NCBI GenBank assembly: GCA_965205015.1
Contig: OZ242029.1
Span: 4,192,001-4,256,000 of the forward strand
Length of the DNA stretch: 64,000 bases
Direction of reading: 5' to 3'
Source: Candidatus Poribacteria bacterium
Lineage (GTDB): Bacteria; Poribacteria; WGA-4E; WGA-3G
Each line of letters begins with the position of its first letter. Position 1 is the stretch's first letter. The notes under the pieces are model-generated. The model was not told the origin of the DNA. It searched no databases and saw only the letters and a program-made list of their open reading frames with translations. The position numbers and the translations under genes are program-made. Shown here piece by piece: positions 40,229 to 49,647 of the stretch.

Positions 40229-40295
40229 TAGGGTAGGCACAAAACCTATCCCTATAGCCTCCATATCTACATATGCACAAGACCTATCCCTACAG
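40229..40295 (-). repeat. Two degenerate copies of the GGGTAGGCACAAGACCTACCCCTAC REP
   Basis: gggtaggcacaaaacctatccctat and gcacaagacctatccctac. Confidence 0.75.
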
Positions 40296-40325
40296 GGTTG
40301 GTGCTTACCGAGATTGGATTAGCTT

Positions 40326-40341
40326 TGGCACGGAAATTGCT
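40326..40341 (+). promoter_or_regulatory. Sigma54 (-24/-12) promoter 1
   Basis: TGGCACGGAAATTGCT matches TGGCAC-N5-TTGC. Confidence 0.8.
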
Positions 40342-40390
40342 CAGTATGCAAACAGTGAGGCAGATACCTTCGGATCGCCTCAAAAAAGAT

Positions 40391-40406
40391 TGGCATAGAA
40401 ATTGCT
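40391..40406 (+). promoter_or_regulatory. Sigma54 (-24/-12) promoter 2
   Basis: TGGCATAGAAATTGCT. Confidence 0.75.
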
Positions 40407-40445
40407 TCTAACATCTACAGAAACAAAATTCAAAAGGAGAAAAAA

Positions 40446-40898
40446 ATGACTTACTTAACAACGCGCAGACCGATGAGAAACCTGTTCAGCCTCCACAACG
40501 AGATGGGACGCATTTTTGGAGACCTCTTCGCTCCCCACGAAAACGGAACGGATACGGAAGAAACCTCTTGGATGCCCACGGTAGACATCTCTGAAACCGG
40601 AAACGGGTACGAAATCCGAGCCGAACTTCCCGGTGTCTCCGAAGACGATGTCAATGTCTCCCTAACCGACAACGTCCTCACCGTCAAAGGTGAGAAACGG
40701 CAGGAAGCGGAAACGGAAGGCAAGAATTACCATCGTGTGGAAAGACGATACGGCAGCTTCCAACGGAGTTTCACACTACCGAGGCACATTGAAACCGATG
40801 CCATCAAGGCAGAATTCAAGGACGGTGTCTTGACACTCGGAATTCCGAAAGCGGAAGCGGCGAAACCGACTGAAGTCCCGATCAAAGTAAACGCTTAA
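40446..40898 (+). CDS. Hsp20/alpha-crystallin small heat shock protein
   Basis: P.VDISET, AELPGV, ERRYGSFQRSFTLP, AEFKDGVLT. Confidence 0.95.
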   Translation: MTYLTTRRPMRNLFSLHNEMGRIFGDLFAPHENGTDTEETSWMPTVDISETGNGYEIRAELPGVSEDDVNVSLTDNVLTVKGEKRQEAETEGKNYHRVERRYGSFQRSFTLPRHIETDAIKAEFKDGVLTLGIPKAEAAKPTEVPIKVNA

Positions 40899-40999
40899 AC
40901 CAACAGCTTGGGTATGCCTCGTAACTTGGACGGTTCACGAGGCTACCCTTAGCGTACATGAAACACACGAATTACGAAGTACACGAAAGGAGAATGAAA

Positions 41000-41431
41000 A
41001 TGACTTATTTGACGTTACGCAGACCAACAAGAAATCTCTTCAGCTTCTACAGCCCGTTTTTCACACCTCAACGCACAAGGAACGATGCGGACGGATACAG
41101 TTGGACACCCTCAGTTGATATTTCGGAAACAGACGAGAGTTTTGAAGTCCGCGCTGAACTCCCTGGGGTCGCAAAGGACGATATTCATGTCTCTGTCAAA
41201 GATAACCTCTTGACGCTCCGCGGGGAGAAACGGCAGGAGAAGGTGGATGACCCCCAAAATTATCGCAGCGTTGAAAGGCGGTACGGCAGTTTCCAACGGA
41301 GATTTACACTTCCATCGGAAGTAGAAACAGGCGACATCAAAGCCGAATTTAGCGATGGTGTGTTGACGCTCGCTATCCCGAAGCCGGAAGCCGTAAAACC
41401 GACCGAGATCCCTATCACAACTGTATCGTAA
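41000..41431 (+). CDS. Hsp20/alpha-crystallin small heat shock protein (paralogue)
   Basis: Same motifs; start MTYLT after AGGAG, by analogy with the first copy. Confidence 0.93.
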   Translation: MTYLTLRRPTRNLFSFYSPFFTPQRTRNDADGYSWTPSVDISETDESFEVRAELPGVAKDDIHVSVKDNLLTLRGEKRQEKVDDPQNYRSVERRYGSFQRRFTLPSEVETGDIKAEFSDGVLTLAIPKPEAVKPTEIPITTVS

Positions 41432-41454
41432 TACATTTACCATAGCAGAAAATA

Positions 41455-41492
41455 AGAAAGGCTGGCGCGTGGATGTGCCAGCCTTCTTTTTT
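41455..41492. terminator. Intrinsic terminator between convergent hsp20 and aquaporin genes
   Basis: agaaaggctggcgc-gtggat-gtgccagccttct-tttt. Confidence 0.8.
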
Positions 41493-41508
41493 GTCTGTGA
41501 TACGCGGG

Positions 41509-42177
41509 CTACGCCTCCGCTTTGTCTTTTAAGACACCGATATAGAGGCGCGCGGCGAGGATGGCACCGACGAGCGGTCCCACAAAATAGAGCCAGATGT
41601 CCGCATAGTTCCCGCTGACAATGGCGGGTCCCAAGGTCCGTGCGGGGTTCAGTGAAGCCCGGGTCAAGGGTCCCCCCATGACGATACAAAACATCAGCCC
41701 CAACCCGATAGCGAGTCCTGCGAAGTTCCCTGCTTTCCCGCTTACAGCAGTATTGAAAATGGTATTGACGAGGAAGAAGGTGAGTACGATTTCGACGATA
41801 AGTCCTTGTGTTGCAGTAACCGTGAAGGCGCCGCCATTCGCCGCTGTGGTTAGAATCGTCACACCCAGATCGCCAGGATCGGGTAGCACGATATTAAGCA
41901 AAGCTGCCCCCAAAATTCCGCCAAGAAACTGCACAATCCAATAGCCGATCGCTGCGGTGAATTCGATTTCGCCTGCTATCCAGAACGCCAGTGTCACAGC
42001 CGGATTGATGTGTGTGCCGGAGATATGTCCATACGCATAAATAAACGCGATAACGACGAAACCGTGAGCGCATGCTGCCCCAATTAAACCGCCTGCACCT
42101 ATCGCGACTGCGCCTGCACCGATAAAGATCAGCGCGAAGGTACCAACAAATTCGACAATTAAGCTTTTCGTATTCAT
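41509..42177 (-). CDS. MIP family channel (aquaporin)
   Basis: Two NPA motifs (HINPAVT, SLNPART); hydrophobic helices. Confidence 0.95.
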   Translation of the reverse strand: MNTKSLIVEFVGTFALIFIGAGAVAIGAGGLIGAACAHGFVVIAFIYAYGHISGTHINPAVTLAFWIAGEIEFTAAIGYWIVQFLGGILGAALLNIVLPDPGDLGVTILTTAANGGAFTVTATQGLIVEIVLTFFLVNTIFNTAVSGKAGNFAGLAIGLGLMFCIVMGGPLTRASLNPARTLGPAIVSGNYADIWLYFVGPLVGAILAARLYIGVLKDKAEA

Positions 42178-42497
42178 GAAACTCCGCTATGAGTGTCCTC
42201 CTCTAAAATGGCAACATCTGTTGAATTGATACCTTCTCGTTTCGGTTATTCCAGTCGTCCAGTGTTGGAAATAACTTATGTACCGAATCCATTGAAACTC
42301 GATTGTTTCCTAATATGTGCGACGACAAATTTATTATACCTCAATTTTACGTCAAATTTTGGACAATATTATAGCATTTATGTGGCTTTGCCAAAAGCTT
42401 CAGGGGTATCGCGCAGTTAAAATTTCTGGACATTCCACCAATGCTATGCTATGCTAAAAACCACAGAATTTCATAGATATTACACAATAGAGGAGAA

Positions 42498-44063
42498 ATG
42501 ATGGAAACCACCAACGAAGACTACACCTCGCGTGTACCGCATTATACGTTTCCAGACACACTCGAAGAGCAGGAAGCAGCATTAGAGACGAATCCACTGA
42601 TGCAACGGCTCAACGCTTATCGGAAGACGTATGAAGGCGATCCGCACCGTCCGATCTATCACTATATCAACCCCGAAGCGATGCTCAACGATCCGAACGG
42701 TCTCTGTTTCTGGCAGGGACGCTGGCATCTCTTCTATCAGGCATATCCACCTGAGGATACACGGCAGCACTGGGGACATGCCATCAGCGATGACCTCATC
42801 CACTGGCGCGACTTACCCTATGCGATTTATCCGAATCCTGAAAGATGCTGTTTCTCAGGTGCGACGCTTGTGGAGGAAGACCGCGTGATTGCGATGTATC
42901 ACGGAACGGTTGTCGGCAATATGGTAGCGGTGTCAAGCGACCCGTTGCTGCTCAATTGGGAGAAGGTCTCTGGTAAAGCGGTGATCCCATCGCAACACGC
43001 CGACGGCACAACCCCGGTCTATCGCGTTTTCGATCCGTGCATTTGGAAAAAAGATAGCATGTATTACTCACTCTCGGGCGGTACGCTTCCACACGGACCG
43101 GGCGGTAAACGGGTGCGCGCGAATTTCCTGCTCCGCTCAGCAGACCTCGCAAACTGGGTCTACCTACACCCCTTCCTTGAAGATGATATGTACACCTTAG
43201 TCGGCGATGACGGCGCGTGTCCTTATTTTTGGCCCATCGGCGACCGGCACATGCTCCTTTTCTTCAGCCACATGAGCGGCGGTCAGTATCTGCTGGGTGA
43301 TTATGATACCGAACGCGACAAGTTCATCGTCACAGCAGGCGCGAAAAACAATTTCGGTGCGGCATCGCCTGCGGGTGTTCATGCCCCGTCTGCGACGCCT
43401 GATGGTAACGGGGGGCTTATCGTTATCTATAACATGAACCCGGCGAAGCCTACCAAAGGTTGGAATCAGATTATGACGCTGCCGCGCCGCCTGACGCTCC
43501 TTTCCAGAGATGAAGTCGGAGTTGAGCCCGCTGGCGACATTGAATCGTTGCGGTATGCACACCAGCATTTCAATGCGATGACACTCCCCGCAAACGAGGA
43601 GGTCGTGCTGGAGGGCATAAACGGCAACGCCATGGAGCTTGAACTCGAAATCGATCCGAAATCGGCACCGATGGTTGAATTGAACGTCCTCCGATCACCG
43701 CAGAAAGAGGAGTTCACCCGTATCGCCTTCTTCAGAGAACGCGGTATGCGTAACCCGGATATTCCCGATCGCGTTCGCGATAGTTTGCTCACGATTGATT
43801 CATCGTATTCATCGCTTGCCTCGGATGTGCTTTCACGCGCACCGGAAACGGGTGCCGTCTCCATCGCACAAGACGAGACTCTGAAATTACGGGTGTTCGT
43901 TGACAAGAGTGTTGTGGAGGTCTTCGCGAATGGGAAGCAGTGTGTAGCGATGCGCGTTTATCCCGATAAGGAAGAGAGTGTCGGTGTATCACTTCGCTCA
44001 CAGGGACAGTCCTGTGAACTCAAATCCTTAGATGCTTGGCAGATGCAGAACATCTATGAATGA
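42498..44063 (+). CDS. Glycoside hydrolase family 32-like protein
   Basis: NDPNG, WHLFYQ, HWGHA.S.DL.HW, FSG, LRVFVDKSVVEVF. Confidence 0.85.
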   Translation: MMETTNEDYTSRVPHYTFPDTLEEQEAALETNPLMQRLNAYRKTYEGDPHRPIYHYINPEAMLNDPNGLCFWQGRWHLFYQAYPPEDTRQHWGHAISDDLIHWRDLPYAIYPNPERCCFSGATLVEEDRVIAMYHGTVVGNMVAVSSDPLLLNWEKVSGKAVIPSQHADGTTPVYRVFDPCIWKKDSMYYSLSGGTLPHGPGGKRVRANFLLRSADLANWVYLHPFLEDDMYTLVGDDGACPYFWPIGDRHMLLFFSHMSGGQYLLGDYDTERDKFIVTAGAKNNFGAASPAGVHAPSATPDGNGGLIVIYNMNPAKPTKGWNQIMTLPRRLTLLSRDEVGVEPAGDIESLRYAHQHFNAMTLPANEEVVLEGINGNAMELELEIDPKSAPMVELNVLRSPQKEEFTRIAFFRERGMRNPDIPDRVRDSLLTIDSSYSSLASDVLSRAPETGAVSIAQDETLKLRVFVDKSVVEVFANGKQCVAMRVYPDKEESVGVSLRSQGQSCELKSLDAWQMQNIYE

Positions 44064-44075
44064 GGGTGATTTGAC

Positions 44076-45698
44076 ATGGCAGATAGATGGGAACGGTTGA
44101 AAGGTAACACCTATCCGGATACAGAGGCGGAACAACTCGCTGCCCTTGAAACGGACGAGACGGTGCGCGACTACAAGAAACGGAGAGAAGCGTGGGCATC
44201 AGATCCCTACCGTCCCATTTATCACATGTCCTCTCTCTACGGCATGGGGGATGCGAACGGGCTTTGCGAGTGGCAGGGTAGGTATCATCTGTTTTATCAA
44301 TTCGGTCCCCCAGATGCTAATCGGGTACACTGGGGACACTGTTATAGCGAAGATCTGGTGCACTGGCAGGATCTCCCACCCGCGTTGTATCCAGATACCG
44401 AACTCCACTGCTTTAGTGGTCAGTGCCTCGTGGAAGATGAACGGGTTGTTGCCATCTATCACGGCAAGATGTCGGGGAATAGCATCGCCACTGCCAGCGA
44501 TCCACTCCTACTTAACTGGGAAAAGCATCCGAATAACCCAGTCATTCCAAATGTTGAAACGAACGCATACGAGCAACCCTACAACGTCTTCGATCCATGC
44601 ATCTGGAAAGAGGAGGACGGATATTATTCGATCTCAGGAACATCGACGAACGGTTGGATTCGTGAACGGCGCAGATCCGCGTCCCACCTCTTTTATTCAA
44701 AGGATTTAACGCATTGGGAATATCTCCATCCGTTGTTGATTGATGATGTCTTCTGTGACTTGGGTGAAGACGGGGCGGTGCCGAATTTCCTGCCCATCGG
44801 CAACGGTAAACACATCCTACTTCTTTTCAGTCATAAACGTTCGGCGCGCTACTACATCGGTGAATACGACTACGGAACACATAAATTTACGCCTGAATAC
44901 CACGGTAGGATCAACCACGGCACCTTCGGTGGCGGGATGGTCTCCTGCCCCTCTGCGACAATAGACACCCGCGGTCGCCTCATCGCCATTTTAAATTGCT
45001 CCGACGGAAGACAGAGCGAAGAAGCGGCGTCGGGATTGTGTATGACGCTCCCGTGGCATCTCACGCTGAAAGCGGACAACGCGTTGGCGATGGAGCCGGT
45101 GGAAGAGGTGAAAAGTTTACGCGCGACACACACTCGCCTCACCGATATTGCACTGTCGGCAAATGCGGAACGTATCCTGGACACTGTAGCCGGCAAAGCG
45201 ATTGAGATAGACATGACCGTTGACATCGGAACGGCAAGGGAATTTGGTTTGTATGTGTTCCGATCCCCAGACGGTAGTGAACGGACAAAAATCTCTATCT
45301 ACAACCACAGACACGGCAAGACCAACGATAGTCTACAGATCGACACCTCTTATTCCTCCCTACGGACAGACCTTGTCGGTAAACCACCTGAAATCGCGCC
45401 GTTCCGTCTGAGCAGCGACGGGAAAGTCCGACTCCGCATCTTCCTTGATCGGAGTCTCATTGAAGTCTTTGCTGACAACGGGGAATGTCTCCCAGAATGG
45501 GCGTTTCCTCGAAAAGGCATCGACAAACTCTTTCCACTGTTCTCGCGGCAGTGCGTCGTTGCCCGCGTCTATCCATCGCAAGAAGAGAGCAACGGACTCT
45601 CGCTTTTTGCCATCGGTGGGGAAGCGAAGGTCGTTTCGATGGACGTGTGGCAGATGCGTTCCATCTGGCAGGAGTTGAAGTATCGGGAAGGGGAGTAG
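44076..45698 (+). CDS. Glycoside hydrolase family 32-like protein (paralogue)
   Basis: GDANG, YHLFYQ, HWGH..S.DL.HW, LRIFLDRSLIEVF. Confidence 0.82.
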   Translation: MADRWERLKGNTYPDTEAEQLAALETDETVRDYKKRREAWASDPYRPIYHMSSLYGMGDANGLCEWQGRYHLFYQFGPPDANRVHWGHCYSEDLVHWQDLPPALYPDTELHCFSGQCLVEDERVVAIYHGKMSGNSIATASDPLLLNWEKHPNNPVIPNVETNAYEQPYNVFDPCIWKEEDGYYSISGTSTNGWIRERRRSASHLFYSKDLTHWEYLHPLLIDDVFCDLGEDGAVPNFLPIGNGKHILLLFSHKRSARYYIGEYDYGTHKFTPEYHGRINHGTFGGGMVSCPSATIDTRGRLIAILNCSDGRQSEEAASGLCMTLPWHLTLKADNALAMEPVEEVKSLRATHTRLTDIALSANAERILDTVAGKAIEIDMTVDIGTAREFGLYVFRSPDGSERTKISIYNHRHGKTNDSLQIDTSYSSLRTDLVGKPPEIAPFRLSSDGKVRLRIFLDRSLIEVFADNGECLPEWAFPRKGIDKLFPLFSRQCVVARVYPSQEESNGLSLFAIGGEAKVVSMDVWQMRSIWQELKYREGE

Positions 45699-45848
45699 TG
45701 CGTGTTGGCCAGGAATAGCCCGGTAAAAACGCAGAAACGTTTGACGCTGCTTGGTAAATTCTGATAAACTTTACAGTAAAGCTGCGGGAATCACTGCGCG
45801 CCCGCTTCGTTGACGGTCTCAGTATATTGCAAAGAAGGAGGAAAAACT

Positions 45849-46154
45849 GTGTCAGTTACAACAAAAAAATGGATAATGAATACCGTCGAGAAATTATCCG
45901 CTTCGGAAATTGAGGAATTGAAGCGTTACTTGGAATACCTCGTCTGGAAATCAGAAATTCCAACAAAAAGTTCCGGGAATCCTCAAGATTCGCCAAAACC
46001 TGAACCAACAGGTCAACCTTCACAAGTCTTAGCAGCCATTAACAGATCAGATCAAGTGTCAATAGAAGATGCCGAAGCCTTGCTTCAATCCATTAAAGAT
46101 GGAGAAATCCCAATGCGTTTTGATTCTGTTTTCGTCGAGTCAAAAGGTGAATAG
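45849..46154 (+). CDS. Hypothetical protein, probable antitoxin
   Basis: EKLSASEIEELKRYLEYLVWK; lies upstream of a PIN toxin remnant. Confidence 0.55.
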   Translation: MSVTTKKWIMNTVEKLSASEIEELKRYLEYLVWKSEIPTKSSGNPQDSPKPEPTGQPSQVLAAINRSDQVSIEDAEALLQSIKDGEIPMRFDSVFVESKGE

Positions 46155-46157
46155 CCG

Positions 46158-46264
46158 ATGAACTATCTTTTGCTATGGCACTTGATGCGATTTTGGTCAC
46201 TGCTGACTCAGATTTTCAGAGGATTGCTGAATTCGGATTACAACTGGAAGATTGGACAAATTGA
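46158..46264 (+). pseudogene. Internally deleted VapC/PIN toxin
   Basis: N-terminus MNYLL joined out of frame to AMALDAILVTADSDFQRIAEFGLQLEDWTN*, a typical PIN C-terminus. Confidence 0.75.
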
Positions 46265-46389
46265 TCTGGGCAGATATGGACCCTTTGAGAATTTACTTCA
46301 ATTAGACAGGGGACGCGGAATAGGTGTAGCCAAAGGATCACAATGGATGTTGGTTAAAATTTCAGCCAGGTTTTGCAAGGAAACAACTT

Positions 46390-47289
46390 ATGGCATTTTA
46401 TTTTACTGTTATTTTCATCGTCTATATCTTATTTCTGTCAACCCAATTGACTGCAACAGGGCAAAGCGTGAAAATTCCTGAACCTATATCTCCAACAGTT
46501 CCTGTTCGCAAGACTTTTAACTTAGACTCGTTTTACACACAGTGGATTGATGTAGAGGGATTGCCTGTTGTCGCATCAGCGAAGGTGAACCCATATGCCG
46601 TGAAGGAAGCGGCATGGCTGATCCGTCAGATGATCGGACATCGCCAAGATGTATTACAGGCACTCGCAGAAAACAACGTACGTTTTGCCGTAATGGCATA
46701 TAACGAACTGACCACCCAGATTCCGGAACACAGCGACTTGGAGCCAACTATCTATTGGGACCGGCGAGCACGCGGTTTGGGTTCCACGCCAGCGAGACCT
46801 GCTGTCAGTTGTGGCGAGGAAAATCTGCTTAATTACCAAGGCGATCCGTATTCGACTGAAAATATTCTGGTTCACGAATTCGCGCATGCCATCCACCAGA
46901 TGGGATTGAATACAGTGGATCCCAGTTTTGACGATCGCCTTAAGGTGGCATTTGAAGCGGCAGTCGAGAAGGAACTTTGGAAGGACACTTACGCCATTAC
47001 AAACAAAGCGGAGTACTGGGCTGAAGGCACACAATCTTGGTTCGATACCAATCGGGCAAATGACGACCAACACAACCATGTTGATACCCGCGATAAGCTG
47101 AAGAAATACGACCCCGCACTTGCCACACTACTCACCGAGGTTTTTGGGGATACGGACTGGCGATACACACAGGCGGTAACCCGCACCCATTTCTCACATC
47201 TCCAAGGGTTCAATCCTGAAAAGTCTCCAAAGTTTGAATGGTCCCCTGAATTGATTGAATACGATCTCAGGAGAAATATAGATGAATGA
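46390..47289 (+). CDS. Secreted HEXXH zinc metallopeptidase-like protein
   Basis: Signal peptide; ENILVHEFAHAIH...EYWAEGTQSWF (gluzincin-like). Confidence 0.75.
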   Translation: MAFYFTVIFIVYILFLSTQLTATGQSVKIPEPISPTVPVRKTFNLDSFYTQWIDVEGLPVVASAKVNPYAVKEAAWLIRQMIGHRQDVLQALAENNVRFAVMAYNELTTQIPEHSDLEPTIYWDRRARGLGSTPARPAVSCGEENLLNYQGDPYSTENILVHEFAHAIHQMGLNTVDPSFDDRLKVAFEAAVEKELWKDTYAITNKAEYWAEGTQSWFDTNRANDDQHNHVDTRDKLKKYDPALATLLTEVFGDTDWRYTQAVTRTHFSHLQGFNPEKSPKFEWSPELIEYDLRRNIDE

Positions 47290-47911
47290 AGTTGTCCAAA
47301 AGGTTACGGCATTTATCGTCCGTGAACGGGGTGGTGTCAAGGAGTTACTCGTGTTTAAACATCCGACTGCGGGGGTTCAAATTCCGGCAGGCACTGTCGA
47401 AAAAGATGAAGATATTGAAACCGCTGTAAAGAGGGAAACTTATGAGGAAACAGGCTTACAGTTTGTAGAAATTGAAAACTATCTGGGTTGTTTTGAGAAT
47501 GAATTGGAAAAGAACCAAAGAATCATAGCGGAAACAACCCGAGTCTATATCGAACCCAACTTAACTGCAATTCCCTACAAGCGAAGACTGCCCAAGGGGC
47601 TTACCGTTGATTACCTCTCCACACACGCGGATTTCACACGCATTTCGTACATTGAATATGAATATGACCAATTCCACAAGCCCATACGTATTGACGCTAA
47701 CATTACAGGGTGGGTGCCGAATGAAAACTTAAGGGCGCAGAAGAAAAGACATTTTTTCCTTCTGTCTACGCAAGAGGAAACAGCAGATGTGTGGGAATTG
47801 AAGAGTGATCAAGGACACATTTTCAACCCGTATTGGACACCGCTTTCACCGAAACCTCAAATTATACCACCACAAAATAAGTGGCTTGATTTCGTCTACG
47901 AGAAAATCTGA
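47282..47911 (+). CDS. NUDIX hydrolase
   Basis: PAGTVEKDEDIETAVKRETYEETGL Nudix box. Confidence 0.9.
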   Translation: MNEVVQKVTAFIVRERGGVKELLVFKHPTAGVQIPAGTVEKDEDIETAVKRETYEETGLQFVEIENYLGCFENELEKNQRIIAETTRVYIEPNLTAIPYKRRLPKGLTVDYLSTHADFTRISYIEYEYDQFHKPIRIDANITGWVPNENLRAQKKRHFFLLSTQEETADVWELKSDQGHIFNPYWTPLSPKPQIIPPQNKWLDFVYEKI

Positions 47912-48008
47912 ACTGTGGTAAAATAGGAATTAAAATAAGCTGCTATACTCATTTTGTAACTTTACTCTTCTGATTGAAAGTTTTCAACCCGAAGGAGGTA
48001 GGATAATT

Positions 48009-49160
48009 GTGGAACGTATCAGACTAACTTCATTAGGACAAATCACGGAAGCCGATATCTCCTTTGGGGATCTAACAGTGTTTGTGGGGGAACAAGCGAG
48101 TGGAAAGAGCATTCTGCTCCAACTTGTGAAGTTAATTTTAGACGCGGGCGATATTACGCGAACTCTCAAAAAACACGGTTTTGACTGGCAGAAAACAATT
48201 GATAATTTTTTGTCCCTTTATTTTGGTGAGGGGATGCAGACGATTTGGAACAAGGATGAGACGAAGGTCATCGTTGATAAAGTGGATTTTACACCCCGAA
48301 AGGCGTTGGCAAAGCGAAAGAAAGATGAGAACCTCTTTTTGATACCAGCGCATCGAGTTATAACGCTGAAAGATGGATGGCCACGTGCGTTTACAGACTA
48401 TGCTATAAGCGATCCGTATGTAGTTAAGGAATTCAGCGAGGAATTGCGCTTATTGATGGAAAAAGGTTTAGGTTCAGGGGGAAGGGCTATATTTCCACAG
48501 GAAGGTCGCATGAATAAAACGCTCCGAGACGCGATCGGAAAAAGCATCTTTGGAGACGCTGAAATTAGATTGGATAGGTCCGGATTACGTAAACGCATCG
48601 TCTTAGATATTGCAGGCACTCAACTCCCATTCATGACTTGGTCAACTGGACAGAGAGAATTCGCGCCTCTCCTATTGGGACTGTATTGGTTAATGCCTTC
48701 TGGGAAAGTACAAAAAAAAGATAACATCAACTGGGTTATTATTGAAGAACCAGAAATGGGCTTACACCCCCAAGCGATCTCAGCATTACTTCTTGTTTTT
48801 TTGGAGCTTCTAAGGCGAGGCTACAAAGTTATCGTTTCTACGCATTCATCCCAAATTTTAGAACTTATTTGGGCAATTCAACTTATTGCTAAATCGAAAA
48901 CCGCGCCAGCACGGTTAAAACAATTGTTGGATTTGAAAGCGAGTGCCTATTCCAGGGACCTCACGGAGACAATTTTGGATGAAAAAACATTTAAAACTTA
49001 TTATTTCTCTCGACAAAAGAATATTGTGAACGTCAAAGACATTTCAACGTTAGATGCTGAGGACCCCGATGAAGCAGTATCGGATTGGGGAGGGCTTACA
49101 CTATTTAGCACTAAAACGGCTGATGTTGTCACGGAAGCTATGTGGGAGAGTGATCTTTGA
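48009..49160 (+). CDS. Soluble ABC-type ATPase (AAA_15/AAA_21-like)
   Basis: GEQASGKS, WSTGQ, IIEEPEMGLHP, STHSS; no adjacent permease. Confidence 0.85.
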   Translation: MERIRLTSLGQITEADISFGDLTVFVGEQASGKSILLQLVKLILDAGDITRTLKKHGFDWQKTIDNFLSLYFGEGMQTIWNKDETKVIVDKVDFTPRKALAKRKKDENLFLIPAHRVITLKDGWPRAFTDYAISDPYVVKEFSEELRLLMEKGLGSGGRAIFPQEGRMNKTLRDAIGKSIFGDAEIRLDRSGLRKRIVLDIAGTQLPFMTWSTGQREFAPLLLGLYWLMPSGKVQKKDNINWVIIEEPEMGLHPQAISALLLVFLELLRRGYKVIVSTHSSQILELIWAIQLIAKSKTAPARLKQLLDLKASAYSRDLTETILDEKTFKTYYFSRQKNIVNVKDISTLDAEDPDEAVSDWGGLTLFSTKTADVVTEAMWESDL

Positions 49161-49618
49161 ATTTTACCGAGGCCATTCAGAATGTTCCAGAGCTTGCCAG
49201 ATGTCTGGAAAATGGGTTACAAGCATTGGAGCGGCGAGATAGAAATAAAATCAACGTGAATGTATCTCGTGATCTAAAAGGTAGCGTTTATATAGACAAA
49301 TGTCTTGAAAGGCATTATCCGAATGCCCCTCGCTGGGATTACGTGTTTGGCTATAAAGACCGGATTTATTATGTTGAAGTTCATCCTGCGGACAATACGC
49401 GTAAGGTAAGGGAAGTCACTGCGAAATTAAGGTGGTTAAAGCAGTGGCGTGAAAGGTCAGCACAACGCTTTGAAGATTGGGAGGGGCAGAGTACTTACCA
49501 TTGGATTTCCACTGGAAGAACTCTATCAAGCATAAAAAGAGGTAAATACCTTCAGATATTGGCGCAAAATGGGATCCGTGGACCAGATTCCGTGTTGAAC
49601 GCGGATGCTGTTTTGTGA
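49157..49618 (+). CDS. Hypothetical protein, possible PD-(D/E)XK-like fold
   Basis: RWDYVFG...YYVEVHPA; overlaps the ATPase stop codon. Confidence 0.6.
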   Translation: MNFTEAIQNVPELARCLENGLQALERRDRNKINVNVSRDLKGSVYIDKCLERHYPNAPRWDYVFGYKDRIYYVEVHPADNTRKVREVTAKLRWLKQWRERSAQRFEDWEGQSTYHWISTGRTLSSIKRGKYLQILAQNGIRGPDSVLNADAVL

Positions 49619-49647
49619 ACATACCGCTACCGAAAAAGGAGAAAAAG

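Noticed and set aside
42203-42292. 29-aa ORF upstream of the aquaporin (minus strand)
   Set aside because: Weak RBS, no recognisable motif and no regulatory codon run
46158-46481. 107-aa ORF as a real gene
   Set aside because: Out-of-frame read-through of the vapC remnant that overlaps the next gene
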